Source: Dehalococcoidia bacterium (GTDB lineage Bacteria; Chloroflexota; Dehalococcoidia; Plut-88900). Taken from it: DNA of 64,000 nucleotides. Positions 27,479 through 37,464 of the stretch are shown in pieces (position 1 is the stretch's first letter; every line of letters starts with the position of its first letter). The DNA is taken from the NCBI GenBank assembly GCA_965249275.1, contig CBDFLQ010000006.1, forward strand, positions 736,001 to 800,000, read 5' to 3'. The position numbers and the translations under genes were made by a program. Below the pieces are notes generated by a model. That model did not search any database, was not told the origin of the DNA, and was given only the letters and a program-made list of their open reading frames with translations.

Positions 27479-28255
27479 CTAGGGATTTTTCGTCGGGCTG
27501 AAGGATTCTCCATCATCTGCTCGGCAGGAGGCCGGCTCGGGTTGCTGGTCTTCTGTTGGACTTCCCCGCTCTGATTCCTCTTCAGTTGTCGCTTCTTCCT
27601 TCAAAGGAGAGGACTCAACATCCACAGTGGGGACACGCTGTTTCCGAATCCGATTTCTTAAGCCTACTATGAGTTTTATGAACCCCATCAGAAGCCGCAA
27701 CACAAATTCCAGGCCAATGAGGAACAAAAGGTAGTACAAGATGTTTTCGGTGTAGTCTCCTGCCCCTTTGAGAGAGTCAAGGGAATCGGAGACGGAGAAG
27801 AATGACGCATCGATGAGGAATACACCGAGGACTGCAAAGGGCAGCATCTTGGCGAGGTCTCGGGATAGGTCTTCCTTGTAATAGGCTGTGACTCGGATTG
27901 CACTGACCGTGGCAAGGGCTATCAACAGCGTATCCGCGAAGGTTTGCTCTTTAGAGAGGAAGGCCAATACAAGGGTGAGGACTGCGAACCAGAAGAATGC
28001 GAATACCGGAAACAGAATGAGGTATTTCGCCACGTACAAGGTAAAGTGGAGCGAAGATCGTATCCATCGGTGACTCGACTCTTCATAACTGGACAGGTCC
28101 AGGTCAAACACGTCCCGAGCAGCCACAAACCGATAGAATCTGAAGACAAAGATTGCATAGGCTGCCATGCCCAGAACGTAAACCGAGACCGGCCACAGCA
28201 AATCTAAGGCCTCATTAAGGTCCAGTCCCTTGGTGAAGATGTCGTTAATGTCCAT
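27479..28255 (-). CDS. Hypothetical membrane protein
   Basis: ~5 hydrophobic segments, acidic tail. Confidence 0.75.
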   Translation of the reverse strand: MDINDIFTKGLDLNEALDLLWPVSVYVLGMAAYAIFVFRFYRFVAARDVFDLDLSSYEESSHRWIRSSLHFTLYVAKYLILFPVFAFFWFAVLTLVLAFLSKEQTFADTLLIALATVSAIRVTAYYKEDLSRDLAKMLPFAVLGVFLIDASFFSVSDSLDSLKGAGDYTENILYYLLFLIGLEFVLRLLMGFIKLIVGLRNRIRKQRVPTVDVESSPLKEEATTEEESERGSPTEDQQPEPASCRADDGESFSPTKNP

Positions 28256-28762
28256 AAGGCTTCCGTTAGACGGTAGAAATCTCCAGTTTAGGCGTACCTG
28301 TAGGACCGAGATACAAACCCTGACCTCGCCCGATGTGAATCCTGAATAATTTGGAAGGAGTCACGAGCGTTAATGACTTTCCATTTATGCAGCGGGCGTG
28401 AGATTCACACTCTTCCTAAACATACTAATGCAACCTCGCTAGTTGTAACACAAATCGGGAGGGGCCAACAGGCCTGGGCCTTGAGCACGCCGGGAATGGA
28501 TGGTACGTCCATTGACCTATCTGCAGGTCTGTCCTATATCACCGGTTTCGTCCAGCAGTCGATTATCGGTGACCATAGACAGTGGATATGTATGCCGTCA
28601 TAACACGGAATTTGGCTGAACTCTCGCTCCTTTTCCGCGCTTCGGCCTTCCTAAATCGAGCCTTGGTCACTAGACCATACTGGCTGTGATATCCTAGCTA
28701 CTAGAATAATTTTCCCAAGCATTTTCTGGAAGTTCCAGAGGACTCCAGGAGCCGTTTTCTGC

Positions 28763-30697
28763 ATGCGATTCATCATAGATAGATGGCGGCGCATCGGCAC
28801 CCGACTGTATCTAGCTTTGGGATTTGCGGTGGCACTGACGCTAATCTCCGGTGGGGTAGCCGTCTACTATTTCGAACAGAGCGGAGACCATAACTACCGC
28901 GTCCAATCGGAGTCGGTGCCGGCTTTAGAGTCGTCCTGGATAGCCGCTCGTGAGGCGGAACGCTTACGGATTCTGGGGCTCGAGGTGGTGGCCGATGCTG
29001 AATCCGGCTTCCAACGCCAGGATGCCGACGCCCTAGTCAGGTCTCTACAAAGGTTGGAAACCGCCTTGGAAAGCGTGAGCGGTGTGCCGGCCCTGGCAAT
29101 CGACGCCCAGGCTGTCAGCGATGCAGCTTATGACCTGGCCGAAGTCATCGACAATCTTGTACTTACCCGCGAGGCCGTGCTGACGGCAAACGACCTCGCA
29201 TTGGACTACCGGTTACGCTTGGCAACAACCTCCTCGGATATCGGGGAGTCAGAGGCTGCATTATCGGTGCTGCGGCAGGCGTTGCAAGCTCAGGATGATC
29301 CCTCCCTTCAGGGGATGTTGGAGAGGTTTTTAAGCATACATGCGACCGGCATAGACCCAGCGGTGTCATCTTTAGGCGAAGGTGCGGGGGTCTTCTACAT
29401 CCGCGGCCAACAGCTGGTACTGGAAACCAACATCAGGGAGCTGGCAGCATCCTTCGAAGAGTCGAGTGCCGCATTAGAAAGCTCAGTGACGGCGCTGCTA
29501 ACCGCATCCGGCGAGCATTCTTCGGAAGCGCTGGGACTTGCCGTGAGCAGTTTTGACGAAGGCCGAACACTGTTGGCAGGTATCAGCGTAATCAGCGTGA
29601 TTGCGGCGACTTTGGCAGCCTGGATTTGGGTAGGAAACGGCATGGTCAGGCGGCTTTCCCGTATGTCTGATCGCATGAGGAAGATGGCCGACGGAGACCT
29701 GGAGACTCCGGTGCCAGAAGTGGGCCGCGACGAGATTGGAGAATTGGCCAACGCCTTGGAAGTCTTCAGACAGCAAGCCCTGGAAGTCCAGCGTTTGAAT
29801 TTGGTCGAGAAGCTATACGAGGAGCTGCGTGTGACCAACGCAGAACTGAAACGGGTCCAGGCCCGGCTGGTGGCCCAGGAGAAACTGGCGGCTTTGGGTG
29901 AGCTGGTGTCGGGGGTGGCGCATGAGATCAGTAATCCGTTGAACTTCGTCAATAACTTCTCCGAAGGCTCTCTCGAACTGTACAGTGAACTAACGGAGAT
30001 GCTGGACAACTACAGGGATAGGATGTCAAAGGACGATACCGCCTTACTGGATGACATCACCCAGGAGATGACCGCAAGTCTCAATCGCGTCCTTTCCAAC
30101 GGTGGGCGTGCCCTGGCAATTGTCGAACGGATGCGGGGGTTGGGTGTCACGGGCGGAGACCCCGTTGTGGTCGGCTTGAATGAAGTATTGCGGGAGGCGG
30201 TGAATTCGGGGTGCAACACCTTTAATGCCCAGTGGCAGGACTTCTCAGTGGAACCAGTTCTTGACCTGGATAAACCTGTAGGTGAGACGACGTTGGTCGA
30301 AAGAGATTTCTCCGAGGCGCTGCTAAACCTGGTATCGAATGCCTTCTATGCCATGGACCAGAAACGACAGGCCTCGGAAGGCTACGAACCAGTCTTGGCC
30401 GTTTCGAGTCGGCGGGTCGGTGATATGGTGGAGATACGAGTGCGGGACAACGGCACCGGAATATCCGATGATGTGCTTGGACGTATATTCAACCCGTTCT
30501 TCTCGACACGGGATGGAGCAGCAGGGGCAGGGTTAGGTCTTCCTCTAGCGGCCGATGTGGCCCGCAGGTTCGGGGGCGACCTATCGGTGGACACTGTAGA
30601 AGGTGAATACGCGGAGTTCATCATGACGCTGCCAATTACGATAGACAGCCCCACTATGCCTGAGATGGAAGAAAGCCTGTTGCAAAGGACCGTATAG
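28763..30697 (+). CDS. Membrane sensor histidine kinase with HAMP domain (orphan)
   Basis: 2 TM; DEIGELA HAMP; AHEISNPL H-box; NAFYA, DNGTGI, FNPFFST, GAGLGL. Confidence 0.93.
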   Translation: MRFIIDRWRRIGTRLYLALGFAVALTLISGGVAVYYFEQSGDHNYRVQSESVPALESSWIAAREAERLRILGLEVVADAESGFQRQDADALVRSLQRLETALESVSGVPALAIDAQAVSDAAYDLAEVIDNLVLTREAVLTANDLALDYRLRLATTSSDIGESEAALSVLRQALQAQDDPSLQGMLERFLSIHATGIDPAVSSLGEGAGVFYIRGQQLVLETNIRELAASFEESSAALESSVTALLTASGEHSSEALGLAVSSFDEGRTLLAGISVISVIAATLAAWIWVGNGMVRRLSRMSDRMRKMADGDLETPVPEVGRDEIGELANALEVFRQQALEVQRLNLVEKLYEELRVTNAELKRVQARLVAQEKLAALGELVSGVAHEISNPLNFVNNFSEGSLELYSELTEMLDNYRDRMSKDDTALLDDITQEMTASLNRVLSNGGRALAIVERMRGLGVTGGDPVVVGLNEVLREAVNSGCNTFNAQWQDFSVEPVLDLDKPVGETTLVERDFSEALLNLVSNAFYAMDQKRQASEGYEPVLAVSSRRVGDMVEIRVRDNGTGISDDVLGRIFNPFFSTRDGAAGAGLGLPLAADVARRFGGDLSVDTVEGEYAEFIMTLPITIDSPTMPEMEESLLQRTV

Positions 30698-30744
30698 CGG
30701 GGGGGGTTTTCACACATCTCCTGTTCGGCATCTCGCCTTTACCT

Positions 30745-31719
30745 TTAGCGTTTCCGCGCTATCAGGTAGGAGAATACGCCAAGGGCGAAGGCGCTGGTAA
30801 CAGCCTGAATAACTATCAGGGTGGTCCGCCTACGCGGGCTGGAAGCAATACCCCCCAGCGTGTTACGGATGCGCGGTATGGCGTCTCCGATTACGGGTGC
30901 TGCGGGTTGCTCCAACTCTTGTAAATCCGTTTGAGTCGTAGACCCTCCCCCGGGAGCAGACAGTGGTGCGGCAGTAGGCATTGCGGTGGGCGTGGGAGTG
31001 GGGACAGATGTAGGCGTAGGTGCGGGTATGGGAGTCGGGACCGGAGTCGGAGTTGGGATGGGAGTTGGAATCGGAGTTGGGGTGGGTGTTGGCGTCGGGG
31101 TGGGTGTTGGGGTAGGAGTTGGGGTAGGGATGGGTGTTGGGGTAGGGATGGGTGTCGGTGTCGGGGTCGGAGTTGGGGTCGGGGTGGGAGTCGGAGTTGG
31201 GGTAGGGGTGGGTGTCGGCGTCGGGGTTGGCGTGGATGTCGGTATCGGGGTTGGAATGGGGGTTGGCGTAGCCGTAGGCGGTGGCGGAGGAGGTGTTGGT
31301 GTCGGGGTTGGCGTAGCAGTGGGAGGTGGCGGTGGTGGGGGAGGAGGTGGCGGTGGCGGTGGGGGAGGAGGTGGCGGTGGCGGTGGGGGAGGAGGTGGCG
31401 GTGGCGGTGGGGGAGGAGGTGGCGGGGGGTCACCATCAAATAGGCCACACCATGATCTGGGATCACTTCCGCAGGGGAACTGACATTCACTTCCTCCACT
31501 GCTGACGGCACATGTCGTCACAGTGCCAGGGGGATTGGAAGGGGGAACGGGCAGACCACTACTATCGCAACTCGTCGGGGCACTGTTAACGTTACCATCT
31601 TCGTCGTAGTAGTAGTACGTGCACTCCAAAGACTCTTGAGCATTGGCACGCATCGTATAGCCAATCCCAATCGTGAGGATGACGATGGCAATGAGAATGC
31701 CGCCTAAGGCGTATTTCAT
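30745..31719 (-). CDS. Secreted Pro/Thr-rich surface protein with Cys-rich head and C-terminal membrane anchor
   Basis: Signal peptide ending ANA-Q; 6-Cys domain; P36 run; PT repeats; TM followed by RKR. Confidence 0.75.
   Translation of the reverse strand: MKYALGGILIAIVILTIGIGYTMRANAQESLECTYYYYDEDGNVNSAPTSCDSSGLPVPPSNPPGTVTTCAVSSGGSECQFPCGSDPRSWCGLFDGDPPPPPPPPPPPPPPPPPPPPPPPPPPPPPPPPPPPPTATPTPTPTPPPPPPTATPTPIPTPIPTSTPTPTPTPTPTPTPTPTPTPTPTPTPTPIPTPTPIPTPTPTPTPTPTPTPTPTPIPTPIPTPTPVPTPIPAPTPTSVPTPTPTAMPTAAPLSAPGGGSTTQTDLQELEQPAAPVIGDAIPRIRNTLGGIASSPRRRTTLIVIQAVTSAFALGVFSYLIARKR
30980..31428. repeat. Low-complexity tandem repeats encoding poly-Pro (21-bp unit) and (PT)n
   Basis: GGTGGCGGTGGGGGAGGAGGT-like unit repeated 31321-31428; hexamer repeats below. 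Confidence 0.9.
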
Positions 31720-32434
31720 GCAACTGACTCGAGATTCTTCAATGCGGTCACTGGCCTACCAGTGCCTCGATATAGTCACCCAAGTATCAAATCAGGGTTC
31801 CCCGCGCTCTGTTCCTCTGACTCGACAGACTGATTAATGTCCCGTTTATTGCGGCTTACCTTCAACCTATTCTGTGCTCTCGCACATTAATACCTCTTCC
31901 TTATTCTTGTTTGCACGGCGCCACACCGAGGCGTTTGGAATTGCAGCCACGCCGGTCAGGTCAGGATGCTTCTGGGATAGAAGTGCCTAGTGTTTGAAGA
32001 GCCTTAGCTTTTTCCACCGGACCCATTAATCCTTGAAGACAATTTTGAACCTATCCACAATAGGATTATATCCCCTTGTACCCACAGTCGACCAATTGGT
32101 CTACTAATCCTCTAGGACAAAGTAGGTTTTTGGGTCCTCCTCTTTGACACCCCGGCACGGTGGGAATATCATCCTTCCCGGAATTCGGGGCGGGTCCCGC
32201 GAACTAGAGCAAGAGAGGAATAGAGACGCATCATTGGGAAGAGATCAACGTAGAGGGCATCACGGTATACATATCGGAGATCCACAAGTTGCAGACGTAA
32301 GTCAAGCCTCAATCTTTTGTTCGATGAGCTTAAGAGCCATAGATAGACTCCATAGTGATTAGGATAGTGGCAATGCCCTGCGAGACAACGATACTATTCA
32401 CCACCCAGATAAAGAGGTGTAGCGAGGTGGGCGT

Positions 32435-35098
32435 ATGAACCCTGGCAAGGCACTGCCGATCTTGCTCCGGGCACTGGTGTGTTTGCTGCCCATCTTCACA
32501 GTCAGCGGGCTAGTCTGGGGCACCGTCTCCTGTGCCCCACCTCCGACGACTACCTCGAGCCCATCTCCTGCGGCCAGCCTGGCCCCTACTCTGACGCTAA
32601 CACCGATCATTCCGTCCGAGAGGGATGCCATTGCGTCCGACAATAGGGCTGCTAAGCCCATGGGTAGCCCAGCGCCTATGGGTACTCCAACCTCCGCGGC
32701 CGTCCCAGCACCTATGGACACTCCAACGCCTACGAACACTCCGATACCAATCCCAACACAGATACCTACAGTGGCTGCTGCCACAGAGTTGTCTCGAACC
32801 ATTCCCTGGTTTTCGTCCCCACCTGACGTCAGTCACAACAAGGCTGCGGGGGCGCTTACAACAATTTGGGCAGAAAACTCAAATCTCGGTGCTTGGGTTG
32901 CCCAGATGTCGTGGGTCGGCAACGGAATTACCGGACTTGATGACCGAGTTCTCCTCTTACTGCGGGACATCGTCTTGGCAAACCCAGACCTTGCGGAGAC
33001 CATTGCCGGATACCATTGGTTTGCCGATGGTGTGACTCCCTGGGAATGGGAGACACTCGAAACTCTCGGCACATCGCCAGGAGAGAATGTCGAGAAGGCG
33101 CTTCAAATAGCACGCTTGGTGTGGATAGCTGACGGGGTCACTAATCGAGAAGAGAAGGCCATAAGCAACTTGCAGCGGATTGCCAGGCATCCCAAAATAG
33201 CGGAAAGGGTACTGCACTTTGACTGGGTGATAGAAGGCATTGCATATCAAGAGCAACAGGGCCTAGAGAACTTAGCAGACCTGGCAAACAATCATCCGGG
33301 TCTCGCTGCAATGGTGGCAGAGCAACCATGGTTGGCCGATGGTATGACGTATCATGAGCAGATCGCCATCCGGTACCTGTCCTACATCGCAGGCAGCGAC
33401 AGGTCGCTAGCGGAGAACGTCGTTCACTCCATCCCCGGCGGCCTGAGCAACGCGTATCTGGTCATATCTCTTGGCAGTTTGGCCGTCGAGGACCCGTCAG
33501 GATTCCAGATGGTCCGGGAGCAGCCGTGGATTTCCGACGGACTGGATGTCGAGGAGAAAGCCTTCATGATCACCCTGAGAGATACGAAAAGCATCTCGAT
33601 GGAGTTATTTGCAAGCGTTCTGAAATCCCGTTTCACGCGGTCGACAACCGTTTCGCTACCGGAGAGTGGTGAAGTGCGTCTTTGGGCATTCCAGAGCGAT
33701 CCGTTCCCTGCCAACGACAACAGCATAGAAACAATGGAGAGGGCAGTCCGCAGTATAGAAGAGTTGTTAGGTCTGCCCTTCAACACCAACGACATCATAG
33801 TTTTGATCACACCGGCAGGCATAGGAGAAACGCGCGAGCCACACCCTGCAGTGCATGTAGGGAGTCACATACGCATAGTCAGAGATGGTGGCCAACCAAT
33901 ACCCAAGTCTTACATCTACCACGAGACGGGTCATTACTTCTTTAAGTTCTTCCCCAAATGGATCATCGAAGGCGGCCCCGAGTTGCTAAATTCCTATATA
34001 CGGGACAAAACGGGTGTCGAATCCATCAACGACAGGCTCCTTGCGCTGGAGGAGCATGTCAAGTGGGCCTGTTACGACCACGGAATCCCGAATCTCTTAG
34101 AACTGGATGAGCGCGAGGGATTCTACGTGGACCAGAGCCCTATCTTTTGCACGTATGCGTTTGGAGAATACTTTTTCCTCCGGTTGCATCAGCTGCTAGG
34201 ACAGGAAGCGGTATCGGCCGCATTGAGGGATATGCATCTTCGGTTCACATTGACGGACCTCGACGTGAGGTTGAGAGGCAAAGACATTTACCTGATATTT
34301 CTGGAGCATACACCCCCTGAGAAGATAGAGGATTACCGCGACTTGTTCAGGAAATTGCACGGCGGGCCGTGGCCCGACGCCAACGTCAATGTCGTAGACG
34401 ATCACGGAGACAGTGCAACGGGTGCAACCCGGATACAGGCCGGACAAGTTGTGAAGGGAGCGCTGGACCACGAATTCGACGCAGACTATTTCCATTTTGA
34501 GACCGCGGCCTCACAGGAGTATCAGATTGCAGTCAACAACAATTCAATGGAGGACATACGCCTTAAGCTCTACTCTACTGACGGTGCAACTCTCCTTGCG
34601 GTTCGCGAATCGGAAGTGCAAGGCGCAGGCATACTTTTGTCCTGGTCAGCACCGGACTCCGGAGGACAATACATCGCCGTGGACAGTCCTGAGGGGAGCA
34701 TAGACTCCTATACAGTACGCATTGCACCGCTTGTTGTTGGCGCTGACGACCATGGAGACGAGGCCACAACAGCGACTCACGTCGAGGTAGGAATTAGAGT
34801 ACACGGCACATTGGACCATAGTGTGGACCGGGACTACTTCCAGTTCCGAGCCGAAGCAGGGCGAGGGTATAAGGCCATTGTATCCAACGGCGCTCTGGTG
34901 TATTCAGACGTTATCTTCTATCACCCTGACGGCGTTACTCCGACAAAGAGATATGCGGGAGGATGGGGGATCAAGGGGGCCAGGCAATGTGTATACATTC
35001 CGAGAGACGGTGAGTATTACGCCGTAGTCGGGAGTCCCGAGGGGAACAGCGGCGACTATACACTAGAGGTCATGCCCACCGAAGAATGTGAACTATGA
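32435..35098 (+). CDS. Lipoprotein/secreted gluzincin peptidase with helical repeats and two PPC-like C-terminal domains
   Basis: HETGH...WIIEG; WxADGxT repeats; two DDHGD..AT..G.LD...D.DYF.F modules. Confidence 0.72.
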   Translation: MNPGKALPILLRALVCLLPIFTVSGLVWGTVSCAPPPTTTSSPSPAASLAPTLTLTPIIPSERDAIASDNRAAKPMGSPAPMGTPTSAAVPAPMDTPTPTNTPIPIPTQIPTVAAATELSRTIPWFSSPPDVSHNKAAGALTTIWAENSNLGAWVAQMSWVGNGITGLDDRVLLLLRDIVLANPDLAETIAGYHWFADGVTPWEWETLETLGTSPGENVEKALQIARLVWIADGVTNREEKAISNLQRIARHPKIAERVLHFDWVIEGIAYQEQQGLENLADLANNHPGLAAMVAEQPWLADGMTYHEQIAIRYLSYIAGSDRSLAENVVHSIPGGLSNAYLVISLGSLAVEDPSGFQMVREQPWISDGLDVEEKAFMITLRDTKSISMELFASVLKSRFTRSTTVSLPESGEVRLWAFQSDPFPANDNSIETMERAVRSIEELLGLPFNTNDIIVLITPAGIGETREPHPAVHVGSHIRIVRDGGQPIPKSYIYHETGHYFFKFFPKWIIEGGPELLNSYIRDKTGVESINDRLLALEEHVKWACYDHGIPNLLELDEREGFYVDQSPIFCTYAFGEYFFLRLHQLLGQEAVSAALRDMHLRFTLTDLDVRLRGKDIYLIFLEHTPPEKIEDYRDLFRKLHGGPWPDANVNVVDDHGDSATGATRIQAGQVVKGALDHEFDADYFHFETAASQEYQIAVNNNSMEDIRLKLYSTDGATLLAVRESEVQGAGILLSWSAPDSGGQYIAVDSPEGSIDSYTVRIAPLVVGADDHGDEATTATHVEVGIRVHGTLDHSVDRDYFQFRAEAGRGYKAIVSNGALVYSDVIFYHPDGVTPTKRYAGGWGIKGARQCVYIPRDGEYYAVVGSPEGNSGDYTLEVMPTEECEL

Positions 35099-35320
35099 CT
35101 GAGCATATGCTTTAATCTCACGAACCTGTGTAGGACATCCAGAGCCTTGCCCATACGCATATCCCTCGTTCTATCCAGCAAACAGCCGATTTACTATTTG
35201 GCCGATCAGTACTGAGAGTCTATTCAATTCCGGGCTTTGACACCCACGCGCGGCGGGCATATCATCCCCACTGGACATCAGGGCTCGGGCCTCGTAACCG
35301 AGAAGGAAAGAGGACCAAAG

Positions 35321-35722
35321 ATGCATCACTGGCAAGAGTTCAACGTCGACGGCATATTTTCGTACAAAGACAACTTGAAGATTGCTCACGCGGTGAGGAC
35401 GGGCAATACTGTGTACATATCAGGGCAGGTAGCGCTGGATGTTGACGGGAATGTGGTGGGCGAGGGAGACGTAGAGGCACAGGGAGACCTGATCTGGGAG
35501 AACATTGGTAAGGTGCTGGAGGCGGCCGGGGCGTCGATGGACGACGTAGTTAAGGTGTTCCAGTTCGTGGTCGGAGCGGAGAATTTCGCTGGGATGTCCA
35601 GGTCACGGCGCAAAGTATTAGGAGAGGCGCCCTTGAGGGCCATCACGGCGATTGTGGTCTCGGGGCTGGTAAAACCCGAGCTTCTGCTGGAAGTGGACGT
35701 GATTGCGGAGATAGGCCAATGA
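35321..35722 (+). CDS. RidA/YjgF family protein, paralog 1
   Basis: GNTVYISGQ, LEAAGASMDDVVK, LLLEVDVIA. Confidence 0.88.
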   Translation: MHHWQEFNVDGIFSYKDNLKIAHAVRTGNTVYISGQVALDVDGNVVGEGDVEAQGDLIWENIGKVLEAAGASMDDVVKVFQFVVGAENFAGMSRSRRKVLGEAPLRAITAIVVSGLVKPELLLEVDVIAEIGQ

Positions 35723-36141
35723 GCTCGGTAGAGACAGGGTCAAAACACTGGACCAGCTATACGGTACCCGGCATCTGGTCCTTTCCTGAACACCAGAAGA
35801 TCACCCACGCCCTGAGAGTAGGCAACACGGTCTACATCTCGGGACAGACTGCCCGTGGGGTGAACGGGGAGGCAGAGGGCGGAAGCGGAGTCGAGGCGCA
35901 GGGCATGGCGATATGGAGACACATCGAGACGGTGCTGGCCGCGGCCGGGGCCACGCTGGATGACGTAGTAAAGGTCTTCCAGTTCGTGGTGGGAGAGAAG
36001 AACTTTGCGGGGATGGGCCGGGCACGGAGGGCTGCGTTAGGGGAAACTAAGCTTCGAGCTATAACTTCAGTGGTTGTGGCCGGGCTTGCGAGGCCGGACC
36101 TACTTCTGGAGGTCGACGTGATTGCCGTGGTCCCGGACTAG
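35719..36141 (+). CDS. RidA/YjgF family protein, paralog 2
   Basis: Same motifs; ATGA overlap with paralog 1. Confidence 0.88.
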   Translation: MSSVETGSKHWTSYTVPGIWSFPEHQKITHALRVGNTVYISGQTARGVNGEAEGGSGVEAQGMAIWRHIETVLAAAGATLDDVVKVFQFVVGEKNFAGMGRARRAALGETKLRAITSVVVAGLARPDLLLEVDVIAVVPD

Positions 36142-36446
36142 CTCGGCCGCAGGGCATAGCCCTGGAGGTCAAAGGTGCGGTTCAGACGCGCATCTTCGGA
36201 TAGGGCCTCAATGCGCCTTGATAGTGGGGAAGCCTCGGGGGAGGATTCTGCGGTGTCGGCTGCCTCAGGGGACTCCCAGACGAATATGCGGCCCATCTCG
36301 TTAGAGCCGGCCCGGCTCGTGAATCGCAGCCCGAGCACGTAGCCCTGCTGGAGAGAGAAGGCCGTGTCCAGGGCTTCGAGGAGGTTTGCGATGCGCTCCT
36401 CATTGCCGGGCTTCGGGGTGAACGTGGATAGCCTCATCACGACCAT
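36138..36446 (-). CDS. Antibiotic biosynthesis monooxygenase-like small protein
   Basis: FTPKPGNEE...GYV...FVWESPEAAD dimeric alpha-beta barrel pattern. Confidence 0.65.
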   Translation of the reverse strand: MVVMRLSTFTPKPGNEERIANLLEALDTAFSLQQGYVLGLRFTSRAGSNEMGRIFVWESPEAADTAESSPEASPLSRRIEALSEDARLNRTFDLQGYALRPS

Positions 36447-36452
36447 GACCGG

Positions 36453-37082
36453 TTACCCCACCCCTCGCTTCTCAATGGCTCGCTCCAATATCCTGCGGTA
36501 AAGGTCGGTGGGCGCGGCCCCGACTATCGGCTCCCGACCTTCGATGAGCACCAGCGGCAGTCCCGATGGCGCTTCTCCGTATTCCATAACCATCTCAAGA
36601 TGCTCGCCGATGACCGCCACTTTCTGTTGACCGCCTTCCAACTCTCTTTTGAATCTCTCAGCGTCCAGGCCCTCCCGGGTGGCGAGGGTCGTAAGCTGCG
36701 AGTAGTCGCTGACATCAATGCTCTCGACGAAGATTGCCCGGAACAGGGCACGGTGGTAGGACTCGAAAGCTTGGGGCCCTTGGGCGGCGGCGCACTTGGC
36801 GGCTTCCAGTGCGGGAAGACTTGAGGAGATGTAGGGCTTGTCAGCGGCCCAAGGCTCGAACCGGGCCCCTGGTTCAGCCTCTGCCGCCGCGGCCCGGGAG
36901 GTCCTGCCGTGGGGTGTGACAAGCCGAGAGTCGGCGCGGCCCATGAGGAGAGCGTAGCTCTTCCATTGGAACTCCACCCGGGGCCCGAGCGCCTCTTTGA
37001 CCTTGTCCAGCCGCACCGACGTGATGTAGCACCAGGGTCATATGTAGTCGGAGTAGATGGTGACTGACAGGTCTGGGGCCAT
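36453..37082 (-). CDS. DsbA/FrnE-family selenoprotein (UPWC; UGA at 37038-37040)
   Basis: MAPDLSVTIYSDYIUPWCY, where the family has CPWC; cis-Pro motif SGLP; hairpin after the UGA. Confidence 0.9.
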
Positions 37083-37464
37083 GTGATCTTCCAAGGTGTT
37101 ATGTCTAGTCTGAGAGAGGGGCGATTATAGCATGAGGTACGCGTGTTTTATCGCTCGCATGCAGACCCGGTAAGTCCAAGTTTTTGATTGAACTCCATAT
37201 TCAGGCGTGGCCTCTAATTGTTCTCGATAGAATGGAGTTGTGGGAGCAGGTGAGAAAACCAGGTGACTGCGGCACCGGATTTGGTCATGGGTAAAGAATA
37301 GGGATGGCGGGTCGGTAGCACAAGGGGCCCGCGTCACTTTGGTGAGGAGTGTGGGGGTTGATACGGGTATCCGCTCGACCCTTCGACGGGGCTCAGGATG
37401 AGCGGGAGTGGGGGGATGGTCATAGAATCTAGCATCAAAGCAGGATGCCTCAGTTATCGTGACC

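Noticed and set aside
31321-31428. CRISPR array (also considered for the dispersed palindromes and the Cas4-like gene at 55891)
   Set aside because: These are spacer-less coding tandem repeats; no regularly spaced repeat-spacer array or cas operon was seen.
30931-31483. Gly-Val-rich and Arg-Trp-rich ORFs on the + strand
   Set aside because: Antisense shadows of the Pro/Thr-rich gene, which has the signal peptide and anchor.
31720-32434. Possible ncRNA or gene in this long intergenic stretch (also 28256-28762)
   Set aside because: I found no convincing nested pairing or recognisable peptide by eye; left unannotated.
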